The notes under the pieces are model-generated. The model was not told where the DNA came from, ran no database searches, and saw only the letters and a list, made by a program, of their open reading frames with translations. Below, piece by piece: positions 15,946-25,140 of a DNA stretch of 34,534 bases (the first letter of the stretch is position 1; every line of letters starts with the position of its first letter). Origin of the DNA: a virus (taxonomy: Duplodnaviria; Caudoviricetes). The stretch spans positions 1-34,534 of the IMG/VR virus record IMGVR_UViG_3300010366_000031; one strand, written 5' to 3'. Both the position numbers and the translations under genes were made by a program.

Positions 15946-16389
15946 ATGGACACTCTGCCCCCAGTGCCCAACGCCGTTGTCACTCCTACCCGTGTACCGT
16001 TCTACCGGTACAAGATCGGTGGCCTAGCCCTTTGGGCGTGGGTTGCCATCGTTGGCGGATTCATTGGCTTTATGGTGATAGCCATACTCGGCACGTCCCC
16101 CGGTCCGATCGGCGGTAGCCGCTCATCGCTGAGCGCAGACGTCGGTATCCGATGCTCTGGCCCGGACGTACTTGGCGGCGTAACGGCGCACTTGCGCATC
16201 ACAAACTCGTCAAGCCGCACCCGTAGCTACTGGGTTGATGTGGCGTTCTATGACTCGAGTGGCGCACGGGTCGGTACGACGTCGGACTACGTGAGCAGCG
16301 TCGGACCCGGCCAGACCGTTGCCGAAGACGCCACGACATGGATTGGTAGTCAGCAGATGAGTTGGTGCAAGATCACCCGTGTGAGCTAA
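15946..16389 (+). CDS. Membrane-anchored protein with FxLYD-like Ig-fold domain
   Basis: TM helix LALWAWVAIVGGFIGFMVIAIL; ITNSS...YWVDVAFYDSSGARVG...VGPGQT; two Cys. Confidence 0.8.
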   Translation: MDTLPPVPNAVVTPTRVPFYRYKIGGLALWAWVAIVGGFIGFMVIAILGTSPGPIGGSRSSLSADVGIRCSGPDVLGGVTAHLRITNSSSRTRSYWVDVAFYDSSGARVGTTSDYVSSVGPGQTVAEDATTWIGSQQMSWCKITRVS

Positions 16390-16403
16390 CCCGCTAGGAC
16401 GCG

Positions 16404-16446
16404 CTGAGCGCCGTTCGCCCCCTTCCCTAGGGCGAGCGGCGCTCAG
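16404..16446. terminator. Bidirectional terminator between converging operons
   Basis: 17-bp stem CTGAGCGCCGTTCGCCC / GGGCGAGCGGCGCTCAG (one G-U) with 9-nt loop. Confidence 0.75.
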
Positions 16447-16483
16447 ACGTTTGTGGAGCCTCTCAGACCGGTTTACGGTGCCA

Positions 16484-16846
16484 TCACGCGCGACCCTGCC
16501 GCCACTCGGTTCCGTCCCAGTAGCGCTCAGCACCGTCATCGAGCGTTACGTACTGACCAGCCGTCCACGCGGTTGTTGGGTTGGCTACCGGCATCTTCTC
16601 CGGTTGCATGCTATTCGGGTGATACGCACCGGGAGGATTCCACGTGCCGTCAGAGTTGGCGGCCGTTGCCCACTGCGGTACCGACGTGACGTAGCCGAAG
16701 TGATCCGGGGATGCGTACTGGCGAGGTTCGGCTTCTTGAGCGTCCGCCGTGCCGGCGCCGAACACCAGGTGTTGTGGATCTGGACTGAACGTCATTTGCT
16801 GTCCACCGTTACGCGGATGCGCGCTCTCTGTCGTCTGCTGACTCAT
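16484..16846 (-). CDS. Hypothetical protein with a module shared with the major tail protein C-terminus
   Basis: ANPTTAWTAGQYVTLDDGAERYWDGTEWRQG resembles the MTP C-terminal repeats. Confidence 0.75.
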   Translation of the reverse strand: MSQQTTESAHPRNGGQQMTFSPDPQHLVFGAGTADAQEAEPRQYASPDHFGYVTSVPQWATAANSDGTWNPPGAYHPNSMQPEKMPVANPTTAWTAGQYVTLDDGAERYWDGTEWRQGRA

Positions 16847-17109
16847 GGCCGTTGGTCTCCCTCACTCGATTGCGCTGATCGCGGTGGGTTCATGGCGAGC
16901 GCTATGCGGGTGAGTGCATCGGCCACCCGTTCCCACGCGATGACTTCCCGCTGCATCAGTTCGTCATCCTGCTCTGACTCGGCCGCGCGTGGTGGCGACG
17001 GTACGCGCGCGTTGACCTGCGTCTGTAGTCGTAGTGACCAGGCCATGAGTGCGGCCACCACCACCACGAGCACAGCAACGACTGTCCACAGTGCACTAGC
17101 TGTCGTCAT
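16843..17109 (-). CDS. Small single-TM membrane protein, possible holin or lysis accessory
   Basis: LWTVVAVLVVVVAALMAW TM segment; GGAGAGGA SD; at the end of the late operon. Confidence 0.65.
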   Translation of the reverse strand: MTTASALWTVVAVLVVVVAALMAWSLRLQTQVNARVPSPPRAAESEQDDELMQREVIAWERVADALTRIALAMNPPRSAQSSEGDQRP

Positions 17110-17129
17110 GCGTTGATCCTCTCCGTTGA

Positions 17130-17870
17130 CTACTGAACCGTGCGCGGTTGGTCAGGCACGTCGAGCAACTCCGCTACCGGCGCGCCGGTTCCGCCGATGA
17201 CGTACCCACGCTGAGCGAACGCGAGGTATAGCGCGGCCGCGCCAACGACCGGCATGGCACCCACCACGGGGATACCGGTCAACGTGGAACCGGCTGTCTC
17301 CGTCAGATCGACACTCGCGATTGCAGCAAACTGAATGTCCACCATGGCGTACGCGCTACCGGCGCCGGTGGGGTAGGTGTCGAGCGTCCCAACCACGTTG
17401 GCAATGAAGGTGAGCGATGCGGCCACCACGGGCGGCGTTGGCGAGCGCGCTACGTACGCCGTGCCGTTGATGCCATAGCTTACGGTGTAGTCGCCTGCCG
17501 GTATGACGATCGGCGCTGCGGGAAGAGTGACAAACCAGCCGGACGCCGGCTCTGATGCAGAGTTGAGGGTTCCCAATCGGTTACCGCTCGCGTCCCACAG
17601 ACTCAACTTGTGCGTTGTCGCGGTATCGCCGCTCGCCTTGTACAGCCATACCGCCGTGATGGAGCCGGAACGAGTGGCGTGAAACTTGACACCTAGCTCG
17701 CCGGTACCGGTAGCCGTACCGGCTGATGGTGCGATGCCGCCAAAGATCGATTCGTTCACAGCGGTTCGGATGGCGGCCACCGTCATGACGTAGCCGCTCA
17801 CTGCGTGAGGATCGGCGAGTGAGCGCGCGATCGCGGTGTAGGCGGCTAGCTGGGCTGCGTCCGTACTCAT
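17130..17870 (-). CDS. Minor tail protein with inserted DUF4082-like domain
   Basis: ELGVKFHATRSGSITAVWLYK...LWDASGNRL...SGW...YTVSY. Confidence 0.8.
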   Translation of the reverse strand: MSTDAAQLAAYTAIARSLADPHAVSGYVMTVAAIRTAVNESIFGGIAPSAGTATGTGELGVKFHATRSGSITAVWLYKASGDTATTHKLSLWDASGNRLGTLNSASEPASGWFVTLPAAPIVIPAGDYTVSYGINGTAYVARSPTPPVVAASLTFIANVVGTLDTYPTGAGSAYAMVDIQFAAIASVDLTETAGSTLTGIPVVGAMPVVGAAALYLAFAQRGYVIGGTGAPVAELLDVPDQPRTVQ

Positions 17871-19030
17871 TGGACGGCTCGCTCGATGTTCGCGGTGGGA
17901 TCGAACGCGAGGATGTTCAGCGACCAGCCAGCCGTAACCGACAACGGGATGGTGGCACCGGATACGCGGCCGACAGCAATGCTCCCGTTGCGGCCCACCA
18001 CGTTCACGACGTCACCCGCCTCCACGCCGTAGATGGGTGTGGTTGACACCTTGAGCGTGCGCGCTTGGCTCACCGTACCGGCGAGTACGGCGTCCGCTCG
18101 CGCGTTGGCCTGGGCGTCGTTGGTGATGTTCTCGCCAACCGCTTCCACGCTGGCCCGGCCGAACGGCCCGCCCGCCGCTACGGCTGCATTCGCTGTGTAC
18201 TCCCGAGCGATGCGCGTCGGTACGCTCGAGCCGGGCGGAGTGTAGTTGACGTAGGCAACGTTGTAGATGGCCGCGCGCGTGACGCTCGTCTGCACCTCCT
18301 CGAGATTGCCGGTATCGCCTGGCGTGAGTGTGAAGTCAACCGGACTTGTCGCGGTAGGCATGAGGCGAGCACGGTACACATAGGACGCATCCACCGGCAT
18401 GTCCATTACCCACGAGCCAAACGTCTTCAGGGTGTCGCGTACGGCGTCAGAGCGTGTTCCCTTGTGCTGCACGCGGGTAGTAGACAACGTGGTTGGTAGT
18501 ACGGTGCGGTCAAACACGTCCGTGTGTGCCCACCACGGCGGTATGCCACCCGTGGGTGCGAGCAGGAGGCTATTGAGGAAGTCGCGAATGACTGCCCCTT
18601 GCGCTAGCTCGGCTTGCCACAACCAGGCCAGCCCGTAGTCGTTGAGCATGATCCCGGCATCGCTCCCGTCAACGGTGATGGCCAACGCCAACGGATCAAC
18701 GGTGAGCGTCTGTATCCGGTAGTACCCAAGCGGCACGCGGAACGTAGTAAGGTCGGTCCGGGTGATCTCATGGAAGAGGCGCACCCAACCACCCAATGTA
18801 GACAGTCCTTGGTCGAGCGGCGAGGTGCCGTCGTCGTTGCGACCCATACAGCGAAACGAGCACGTGCGTCCCGGGAACACTGAGAGATCATTGATCGTCA
18901 CCGAGCCCTGCGACCCATCCACCAGCAACGGCAACCACGTGCTACCGGCCGGAGCGCGAAACTCCGCGATCGTTTTCACCGTGTGGGTGAGTCTCTCCAC
19001 GGTGCGGACGTCGGGCACAGAGACGATCAT
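17867..19030 (-). CDS. Minor tail protein (Tal/hub-like)
   Basis: TGATG coupling at 19030 gives 387 aa; GSVTIND...RTC, VPLGYYRI, IYNVAYV, GPFGR, EAGDVV patterns. Confidence 0.8.
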   Translation of the reverse strand: MIVSVPDVRTVERLTHTVKTIAEFRAPAGSTWLPLLVDGSQGSVTINDLSVFPGRTCSFRCMGRNDDGTSPLDQGLSTLGGWVRLFHEITRTDLTTFRVPLGYYRIQTLTVDPLALAITVDGSDAGIMLNDYGLAWLWQAELAQGAVIRDFLNSLLLAPTGGIPPWWAHTDVFDRTVLPTTLSTTRVQHKGTRSDAVRDTLKTFGSWVMDMPVDASYVYRARLMPTATSPVDFTLTPGDTGNLEEVQTSVTRAAIYNVAYVNYTPPGSSVPTRIAREYTANAAVAAGGPFGRASVEAVGENITNDAQANARADAVLAGTVSQARTLKVSTTPIYGVEAGDVVNVVGRNGSIAVGRVSGATIPLSVTAGWSLNILAFDPTANIERAVQ

Positions 19031-19545
19031 CAGTACTTCGCTACCAGCGCCGCGCTCAGCGTGCAGTTGCCACCACGAGCCCGGATGGCCGTGGCTGAGT
19101 TGACTTTCACCCCGAGCGACCAACCGGCGGACAGGAACGCAACGAACGGGAGCGTCGTGCCCTGGCCGATGAAGTTGGTCGGCTGACGCAACATCACGTA
19201 ACCCAAGTGCATGACTTGGCCGTTGAGGTAGAGTCCGGCCGATCCCCAATCGCCATCACTAAACTCGATGTGCGTATGTACGACGTAGATACCGCGCACC
19301 GGTACGAGGAAGAGCGTGCCGCTTACGGTCCACGCGCCCACGTTGGTCATGACATTGTTGAACGTGACGTCATGCAGGCCGGTCGACACGGCATCGGCGG
19401 TCATCTGTGCGTGCAGCGCCACAGCCGGCAAAGCCGCCGCGTCGATAGCCGTCTCTACGTCTTGAGCGAGCGTCTGTATCTGCGTGATGTCCGCAGGGTC
19501 CGCGAGTGCGGGGTAACGGAGATTGTACTTAGGGGTAGCGCCCAC
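19030..19545 (-). CDS. Minor tail or receptor-binding protein with C1q/TNF-like head
   Basis: N-term TPKYNLRYP...D...IQTLAQDVE anchor; VTFNNV..N.G, FLVPVRGIYVV and LYLNG strands. Confidence 0.7.
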   Translation of the reverse strand: MGATPKYNLRYPALADPADITQIQTLAQDVETAIDAAALPAVALHAQMTADAVSTGLHDVTFNNVMTNVGAWTVSGTLFLVPVRGIYVVHTHIEFSDGDWGSAGLYLNGQVMHLGYVMLRQPTNFIGQGTTLPFVAFLSAGWSLGVKVNSATAIRARGGNCTLSAALVAKY

Positions 19546-19560
19546 TGTGGACAGTCCTTT

Positions 19561-20802
19561 CTACAGCCGTACCGCTGTGGCGACGCCAAGCCAGTTGGCG
19601 TACTTGGCTTTCACGTTCGCCCACGTGTCATAGGGATCGAAGACAACATCGATGCAGTACGTGATGTTGCCGCCGTTACCGGCGGGACAGGTGTCGAGAG
19701 TGCTGGTCAATACGTTCTGGACGAAGCTCAGCGCCGGAGAGACGTCGGTTGGGGTCGCGGTGAAGTACTGGAATTTCGTGTTGTTGCATCCCCACGACAC
19801 CGTGTAGTCACCCACCGGCGCGCGTACCGGTGTCGTGAGTGGGATCGCTCGCCACCCCGAGCCTGTCTCACCCGTGGTTGTCGCGGTGGCGAGCCGTACG
19901 CCGGCCGAATTCCATAGATTGAACTTGTGCGTGGTCGCGGTATCGCCGACCGGCTTGTACCACATGAAGCTGTTGACGAACCCAGGCGAGTTGACGTGAA
20001 ACTTGAGCCCTAGCTCAAACGTGCCCGTGGTGTTACCAGTAGGGTTCGCCGCTTGGCCGAACAGAGACTCTGTCGCTGGCTCGCCCGCCTTGAGCGGTAT
20101 GCCGTCGAGGATGTTTTGCCATGTCGGACTAGCGATGCGCTGAATGGTCTCGTTCGGGTCGGCTACCTCGATGTAGTCCAGGTCCAGCGTCCACTTGTCG
20201 CGGTGACCCCAGCGGGTGAACGAGGCATTGCCAACGGCCATCATGCACGGTGCCCACATCTTCGATGCGCACAACGTGAGCAGCAACGGCCGTCCACTTG
20301 AAAGCAAGTACTCAAGCTGGTAGCGATCGGTGGCCGACAACACCAGCAACCGCACCGTGCCGCGCCTACCCTCGCGGACGTCGTAGACGACCAGGGGTAG
20401 CTTGCGCCCCGACACGGCATAGACGTGCTCACGTACTTGCAGACTCTCAGTGTTCGTCGTCACCACGATGACGCGCCGGGACAGCGTCGGTTGGATGGGA
20501 TCACGGAGCCATGCCTCGTCCGGCGTGGTGGCGATGCTTGCGCGTGGGTAGCTCGGATCGTTGGCGGTAGCGGAGAACGGAGCCATGACGTACGTGACTG
20601 TCTCGCCGATCGGTGGCCGGTAATCCTCGCCGTAGCCGGCGCCACCAGGTTGATGCCACGTGTCCGACGGGTAGCCGTTGATGGCGACCAACTGACCGCC
20701 GTCGGATGCGACGCGCTTGATCGTGGTACCGGCAACGCCGGCACTGACGATAAACCGGACATAGCCGGTTTCGAATGGGTACTGGAGCGTCAACGTTGTC
20801 AT
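19561..20802 (-). CDS. Distal-tail-like minor tail protein with DUF4082-like insertion
   Basis: Immediately after the TMP; AWLRDP...GRKLPLVV core; FELGLKFHVNSPGFV...YK...LWNSAG. Confidence 0.8.
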   Translation of the reverse strand: MTTLTLQYPFETGYVRFIVSAGVAGTTIKRVASDGGQLVAINGYPSDTWHQPGGAGYGEDYRPPIGETVTYVMAPFSATANDPSYPRASIATTPDEAWLRDPIQPTLSRRVIVVTTNTESLQVREHVYAVSGRKLPLVVYDVREGRRGTVRLLVLSATDRYQLEYLLSSGRPLLLTLCASKMWAPCMMAVGNASFTRWGHRDKWTLDLDYIEVADPNETIQRIASPTWQNILDGIPLKAGEPATESLFGQAANPTGNTTGTFELGLKFHVNSPGFVNSFMWYKPVGDTATTHKFNLWNSAGVRLATATTTGETGSGWRAIPLTTPVRAPVGDYTVSWGCNNTKFQYFTATPTDVSPALSFVQNVLTSTLDTCPAGNGGNITYCIDVVFDPYDTWANVKAKYANWLGVATAVRL

Positions 20803-23063
20803 ATCGCCAACACCCGCACCGGTGCTTGGATCGCCGCGCTGGTGGCAGCATCCACAACGGACACACCGATCAACTCCGCGAGCTTGTCACTCTGGACGTA
20901 GACGTTGACCGCTGTAGAGGGTGCGGAGTTACCGCCAACGCGCGGTGGCGCCACGTTGTCCTGACGCGGTCCGACGAATGGCACGCTAGGCGAAATGTTG
21001 TTCAGTCCACGTTGGACGTTACCGACAGCGCTCTGATCAATGACCGGACGGATGAGCACGGTACGGGTGATCGTGAGCGCGTTGAGGGAAGCGATGGCCG
21101 CATCACGCGCGGCCTGGTCGAGGTGAACGAGGATCGTCACGTCCGGTTTGAGCTTGGCGATATTGCCGATCGTCGTGTTGACAGCCTGCAACGCGCCACC
21201 GTCTACGGCGGGCGCCACGGTTACCGGTATGGCGCCCGGCGCACCAGTACCGCCACCGGCGGGCAGACGACCGTGGACAGCGAGCTTCTCGAATATGGCA
21301 TCGGGGATAGCTTGCAAGCGTTCCTCGTCAACTTCTGCCTTGAGCTTGACCACGATCGGCGCGCCGAACTCAGCCTTAAGAGTCTCTAGGTCGACGCTAC
21401 CGCTGGCGATCATGGTCTTGATCTCCATGGTCTTCTGCGCCGGCAAGTCCCTGAGCGGCTTTACGACGTCTTCGATCTGCTTCTTGGATAGGCCGGCGTT
21501 GATGGCTTTGGTTTCGAAGTCGTTCAACATGGCCAGATACTTGGCGTTAGCAACGTCCCACGACACACCCATGTCGAGCGCGGCCTGCCGAACATCCTTA
21601 ATGTTCCCAAGGATGGCGTCCACATTGGCCTGATTCTCACGGCCCTTGATATCGAGGATGTTGAGCGAAGTGCTCTTGTTGTCTTTGATCGTCTTGAACA
21701 GATTGTCATAGCTATCGAGTAGCTCGCGGTTTGCCGAGCGTTGGCCGAGGATCGCGTTTGCAACGTCGTTGAACGAACTCTTGATCTTCTGTGCTGCCTC
21801 TTCCGTCTTACGGGCCAGCTCTTCAGCCGCTTGCGCAGCCTCACGCTCAGCCTGGGCAATCGCCTCGATGTCCGGCGGTACCGGGCGCAGATTCGCGAAC
21901 GATGCGACCAACTGATCAGCCGCTTGCCGCGTATCGAGCAACCTAAGTAGCCAAATGCCCGTACCGCCAGTGAGCGCGGCCGTTAGCGTCCGTATCTTTT
22001 CGTTCGCCGAGTCTAGCTGGTCGTCGAGGAAGTTGATCGCGCGAGCCATCATGTCGAACGGCCGGGTCGCTTCCCCGATGAGGAACCCAAGAATGACGAG
22101 AGTTAGCTCGAGATCAACCAGTATCGTCTTGAGCACAAGCGCCGCACCCTTACCGCCGCGACTGATTTCATCGAAGAACGTCGAGATCGCGTCTGCGATG
22201 TGCGGTATCTCCCTGGCGAATACCTCGATCACTGGTTGCGCGCCACGAAGAGCGCTACTCAGTCCGGGTCCCAAGCGGCGCAACGCATCGCCAACGGCCT
22301 GGCCGATCATCACAGCGAACCGGTTCAACTCGCGGAGTGGGTCGCGCAACTCACCAAAGAGATCCTTGAGCCCGACCACAGTGGACTGAAACGCGATAAG
22401 GAACGCATTCTTGGTCTCCGTGTCGGCGAGTCCCGCAAACGCATCCTTGATCTGCTGGACGATGCCCTTGGCGGCGTTCGCAACCGATGCGTCCATTAAG
22501 GACGCTCCAATCATCGCGCCGATGCCAAGCGAGCCGATACCGGCTAGCAGCAGTGAACCCAGCGTTGCCAATAGAGCCTGAGCGATGATCGCCGCGAGTG
22601 CAGCCGCGCTGAGCGCTACCTCCGGACCGGCGGCATCCAACGCCTTTGCGATGGCGCCACCGATCGCGGGAATGTTGCCAACGAACGCGGTGATGCCCTC
22701 ACCCATTCGTTGGGTAAGAGTCTTGGCAGCGCGTTCCTCTCCACCGGATGGTGTCAGTGCTTTGATCTGTGCACGTAGCAAGGCGATCTTCGCATTGAAC
22801 CCCTTGACATCGACGTCAACGTTCATCTCGATGTTGCGCGCGAACTCTTCCCGCAATGCCCTGATCTCGGCGCGCGCCTTAGCAATGGCCGCCGTCCGGA
22901 CGTCAACATTGATCGTCTTGCCATCGACCTGGTTGACCGTCTTCTCGAGGTCCTTCGCCGAGCCTTCCGCCTTCTCAAGCTCGCGGGTCAACGGCGCAAC
23001 GGCGGCGGCCGCACCCTTGGAATCGGCCCGGATACGAAAGAGAAGCTCAGCGATGTTAGCCAC
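20799..23063 (-). CDS. Tape measure protein
   Basis: 754 aa, Ala/Leu-rich and helical, hydrophobic central segments, N-term ELLFRIRADSKG. Confidence 0.9.
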   Translation of the reverse strand: MANIAELLFRIRADSKGAAAAVAPLTRELEKAEGSAKDLEKTVNQVDGKTINVDVRTAAIAKARAEIRALREEFARNIEMNVDVDVKGFNAKIALLRAQIKALTPSGGEERAAKTLTQRMGEGITAFVGNIPAIGGAIAKALDAAGPEVALSAAALAAIIAQALLATLGSLLLAGIGSLGIGAMIGASLMDASVANAAKGIVQQIKDAFAGLADTETKNAFLIAFQSTVVGLKDLFGELRDPLRELNRFAVMIGQAVGDALRRLGPGLSSALRGAQPVIEVFAREIPHIADAISTFFDEISRGGKGAALVLKTILVDLELTLVILGFLIGEATRPFDMMARAINFLDDQLDSANEKIRTLTAALTGGTGIWLLRLLDTRQAADQLVASFANLRPVPPDIEAIAQAEREAAQAAEELARKTEEAAQKIKSSFNDVANAILGQRSANRELLDSYDNLFKTIKDNKSTSLNILDIKGRENQANVDAILGNIKDVRQAALDMGVSWDVANAKYLAMLNDFETKAINAGLSKKQIEDVVKPLRDLPAQKTMEIKTMIASGSVDLETLKAEFGAPIVVKLKAEVDEERLQAIPDAIFEKLAVHGRLPAGGGTGAPGAIPVTVAPAVDGGALQAVNTTIGNIAKLKPDVTILVHLDQAARDAAIASLNALTITRTVLIRPVIDQSAVGNVQRGLNNISPSVPFVGPRQDNVAPPRVGGNSAPSTAVNVYVQSDKLAELIGVSVVDAATSAAIQAPVRVLAI

Positions 23064-23532
23064 GCCAGGACCCTCGCTCGATCGCCTCGTTCATCCGCGA
23101 GCGAACGCCGTGGAGATCCTGCCGGATTGTTGGCCAGAAGAAGTACCCACGCGACCCTAGGTGCGGGTGAAACTGCATCGTGGTGTGTCTACGGTGGACG
23201 ACGAAGACGGTACCGGTACGGCGGACCATGCTGGCGTACGTCTTTCGCCTACGTTGGCCGCCGTACTCCGCACCGGCGAACACGATGCCGCCGAGACCTC
23301 CGCCACCGCCACCCTTGACCGTCGCACCGGCGCCATCCTCACGCATCGATACCGTGCGTCCGGCGCGAGCGGCGATGCGGCCGAAGCTCGCCGCTCGCGG
23401 TGGCATGTCAACAGCCAACCGGCGTACCTCCGTGCGTATCTGCTTGACCGCCGCTTGCTGGATGTTTTCGTCCAGCTTGGACAGTTGACGCTTGAACGCA
23501 ACGAAGTTGACGAATCCCGCGGTGATCCCCAT
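23056..23532 (-). CDS. HK97 gp10-like tail completion protein
   Basis: Basic protein; FAGAEYGG and GYFFWPTI motifs. Confidence 0.7.
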   Translation of the reverse strand: MGITAGFVNFVAFKRQLSKLDENIQQAAVKQIRTEVRRLAVDMPPRAASFGRIAARAGRTVSMREDGAGATVKGGGGGGLGGIVFAGAEYGGQRRRKTYASMVRRTGTVFVVHRRHTTMQFHPHLGSRGYFFWPTIRQDLHGVRSRMNEAIERGSWRG

Positions 23533-23538
23533 AGATCG

Positions 23539-24612
23539 TCAGGCCGGAATGGCCGGTCCTGTCTCGTGCGTGTGGTCGCCCACCACGAATTCTCCACCAC
23601 CGTCCACAAGGGACAACGAACCGACGTCGATACCCCAGACGTCCATGTCGCCACCGCTGGTGTACACGGTGCCCGTGGAGTCCCACTGTCCAGGCGATCC
23701 GTCGCCCGGCGTACCGGTAACGAGGTTCCCAAGCAGGCTCGCCTGATGTACCTGCGCGTTGGTGATCGGCCCAGCGCCGTTACCCCACCAGTCACCTTCC
23801 ACGCGGCGCCGGTACATGCCGTCGCAGTACCAGACCAGCGACGGATCCTCGGCATCGTGGAAGCGAACCAGCATCACTCTCATCTCGTCACCCATTCCTT
23901 TCGTCGCACACCATTGCTCCCACGACTCTCCTGATAGGACGGACGCGAGTGCTTCGAGATCGCGGTCCCATGTGGCGCAGTGCTTGGTGAACACGGAGAT
24001 GTGTATGTGCCAGAGGTGCGACGAGTCGCGCCCGTGGTCGTAGCTCCAGTTACCAACGTCGTCGTCATCCTTGATCATGCAGAAGACGTTGCTTGAGTCC
24101 AACGTGCCGATGAACTCGCGGATGCCGGACAGGCGATCGTCGAGCGGGTGTTCGGCCGACTCTTTGAGGTATGTCGTTCGCGTGCGCATCTCAATGTCGG
24201 ACATCGTGAGATCGATGGCACGCGCCTTGTCGCCCGGTCCGTAGTTGGTGTCAAGCACTAGCTGGACGCAGTAGGCACCCGGCCAACTGTTCTGGTTCGC
24301 CCAAACCGTATTGTGGTAACAGCTCTTGTTCGCGTAGATGCCGCCAAGCTCGACGCCAGGGATGCACGCGAGCGAGGCCTCCCAGAGTTGCCACATCGCC
24401 TCTGTGATGTAGCTCGGGTTTGGGTTGCTGCTCATTGGCGCCGGTACCGGTGCGTCACCCGCCCGTTGCCGTAGCGCGTCCCATTCGTGAGCGCTCAGCG
24501 TTCGTACGTCGTGCGGTAGCTCGACTTGCCGAACCTCGTAGTAGTCATCGATGCGACGAACCTCTAGGCCAGCAAGCTCATTGAACCCGTGCCAATCATG
24601 GTCACGATCCAT
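23539..24612 (-). CDS. Endolysin-like Zn peptidase (M15-like fold) with C-terminal domain
   Basis: GGIYANKSCYHN...KARAIDLT...DSSHLWHIHISV His/Asp/His metal ligand pattern. Confidence 0.75.
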   Translation of the reverse strand: MDRDHDWHGFNELAGLEVRRIDDYYEVRQVELPHDVRTLSAHEWDALRQRAGDAPVPAPMSSNPNPSYITEAMWQLWEASLACIPGVELGGIYANKSCYHNTVWANQNSWPGAYCVQLVLDTNYGPGDKARAIDLTMSDIEMRTRTTYLKESAEHPLDDRLSGIREFIGTLDSSNVFCMIKDDDDVGNWSYDHGRDSSHLWHIHISVFTKHCATWDRDLEALASVLSGESWEQWCATKGMGDEMRVMLVRFHDAEDPSLVWYCDGMYRRRVEGDWWGNGAGPITNAQVHQASLLGNLVTGTPGDGSPGQWDSTGTVYTSGGDMDVWGIDVGSLSLVDGGGEFVVGDHTHETGPAIPA

Positions 24613-24829
24613 CCCACATCTCCCTAGGCCAGCCCATCAACGGGTCCGTCTCGTCCCCTGTGGACGCCGTTGGTTCGCCTTCCTTTGTTCCGTCCAGTCG
24701 CTCGCCACCCATGAGAGCGGCGAGCGTTCCCAGGACTGTCGGTCCCTCACGTTCTAGCTGCGAGGGGAGTACTCCCAGCCGGAGCGCTATGGCGCAGAGG
24801 ATTCGCCCGTAGCTTCCGGCTGGGTAGGG
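24602..24829 (-). CDS. -1 frameshift extension of the tail assembly chaperone (gpGT-like)
   Basis: The -1 frame from CTC CCT ACC (24831-24823) reads PYPAGSYGRILCAIALRLGVLPSQLEREGPTVLGTLAALM...WDGS to TGA at 24604-24602 and fills the intergenic gap. Confidence 0.75.
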   Translation of the reverse strand, partial: PYPAGSYGRILCAIALRLGVLPSQLEREGPTVLGTLAALMGGERLDGTKEGEPTASTGDETDPLMGWPREMWDGS

Positions 24830-25110
24830 AGTCCGACCACCGATACGTCCTCAGTGGACGCCGGCTCGTCAGTCACACCCGTGACGTTCGTGCATGCGGC
24901 ATCGAACAGCTCATACGTCGGATAGGCACCGTTAAGTTGCTTGGTCCGGCGTAGCGCGAGGTAGGCGAGTTGAGCGAGGTGAGTCAGACCGAACTGAGTA
25001 CCGATCCACGACTGCTTGTACTCGACTTCCCATCGACGCAGGTCTCGACCATCGGCGGCAACGATGAACGTCTGTCCGTCTTCCATCTCCGCGATAAGGT
25101 CATACTTCAT
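24787..25110 (-). CDS. Tail assembly chaperone
   Basis: Directly after the major tail gene; DLRRWE...LAYLALRR; GGAGGAGG SD. Confidence 0.8.
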   Translation of the reverse strand: MKYDLIAEMEDGQTFIVAADGRDLRRWEVEYKQSWIGTQFGLTHLAQLAYLALRRTKQLNGAYPTYELFDAACTNVTGVTDEPASTEDVSVVGLPTQPEATGESSAP

Positions 25111-25140
25111 CGCTCAACCCTCCTCCACAGTGGACCGTCC

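Noticed and set aside
19031-19249. Track N-terminal extension of the Tal-like gene
   Set aside because: It lies within the C1q-like gene; TGATG coupling at 19030 gives the likely start.
17330-20065. Duplicated tail domain as a diversity-generating retroelement TR/VR pair
   Set aside because: No reverse transcriptase, both copies are coding, and differences are not confined to adenines.
4259-22499. Genome-wide bldA/TTA regulatory scheme
   Set aside because: TTA codons occur in unrelated genes (4259-4456 ORF, 10645-11505, repressor, tape measure) without clear functional clustering, and the host is unknown.
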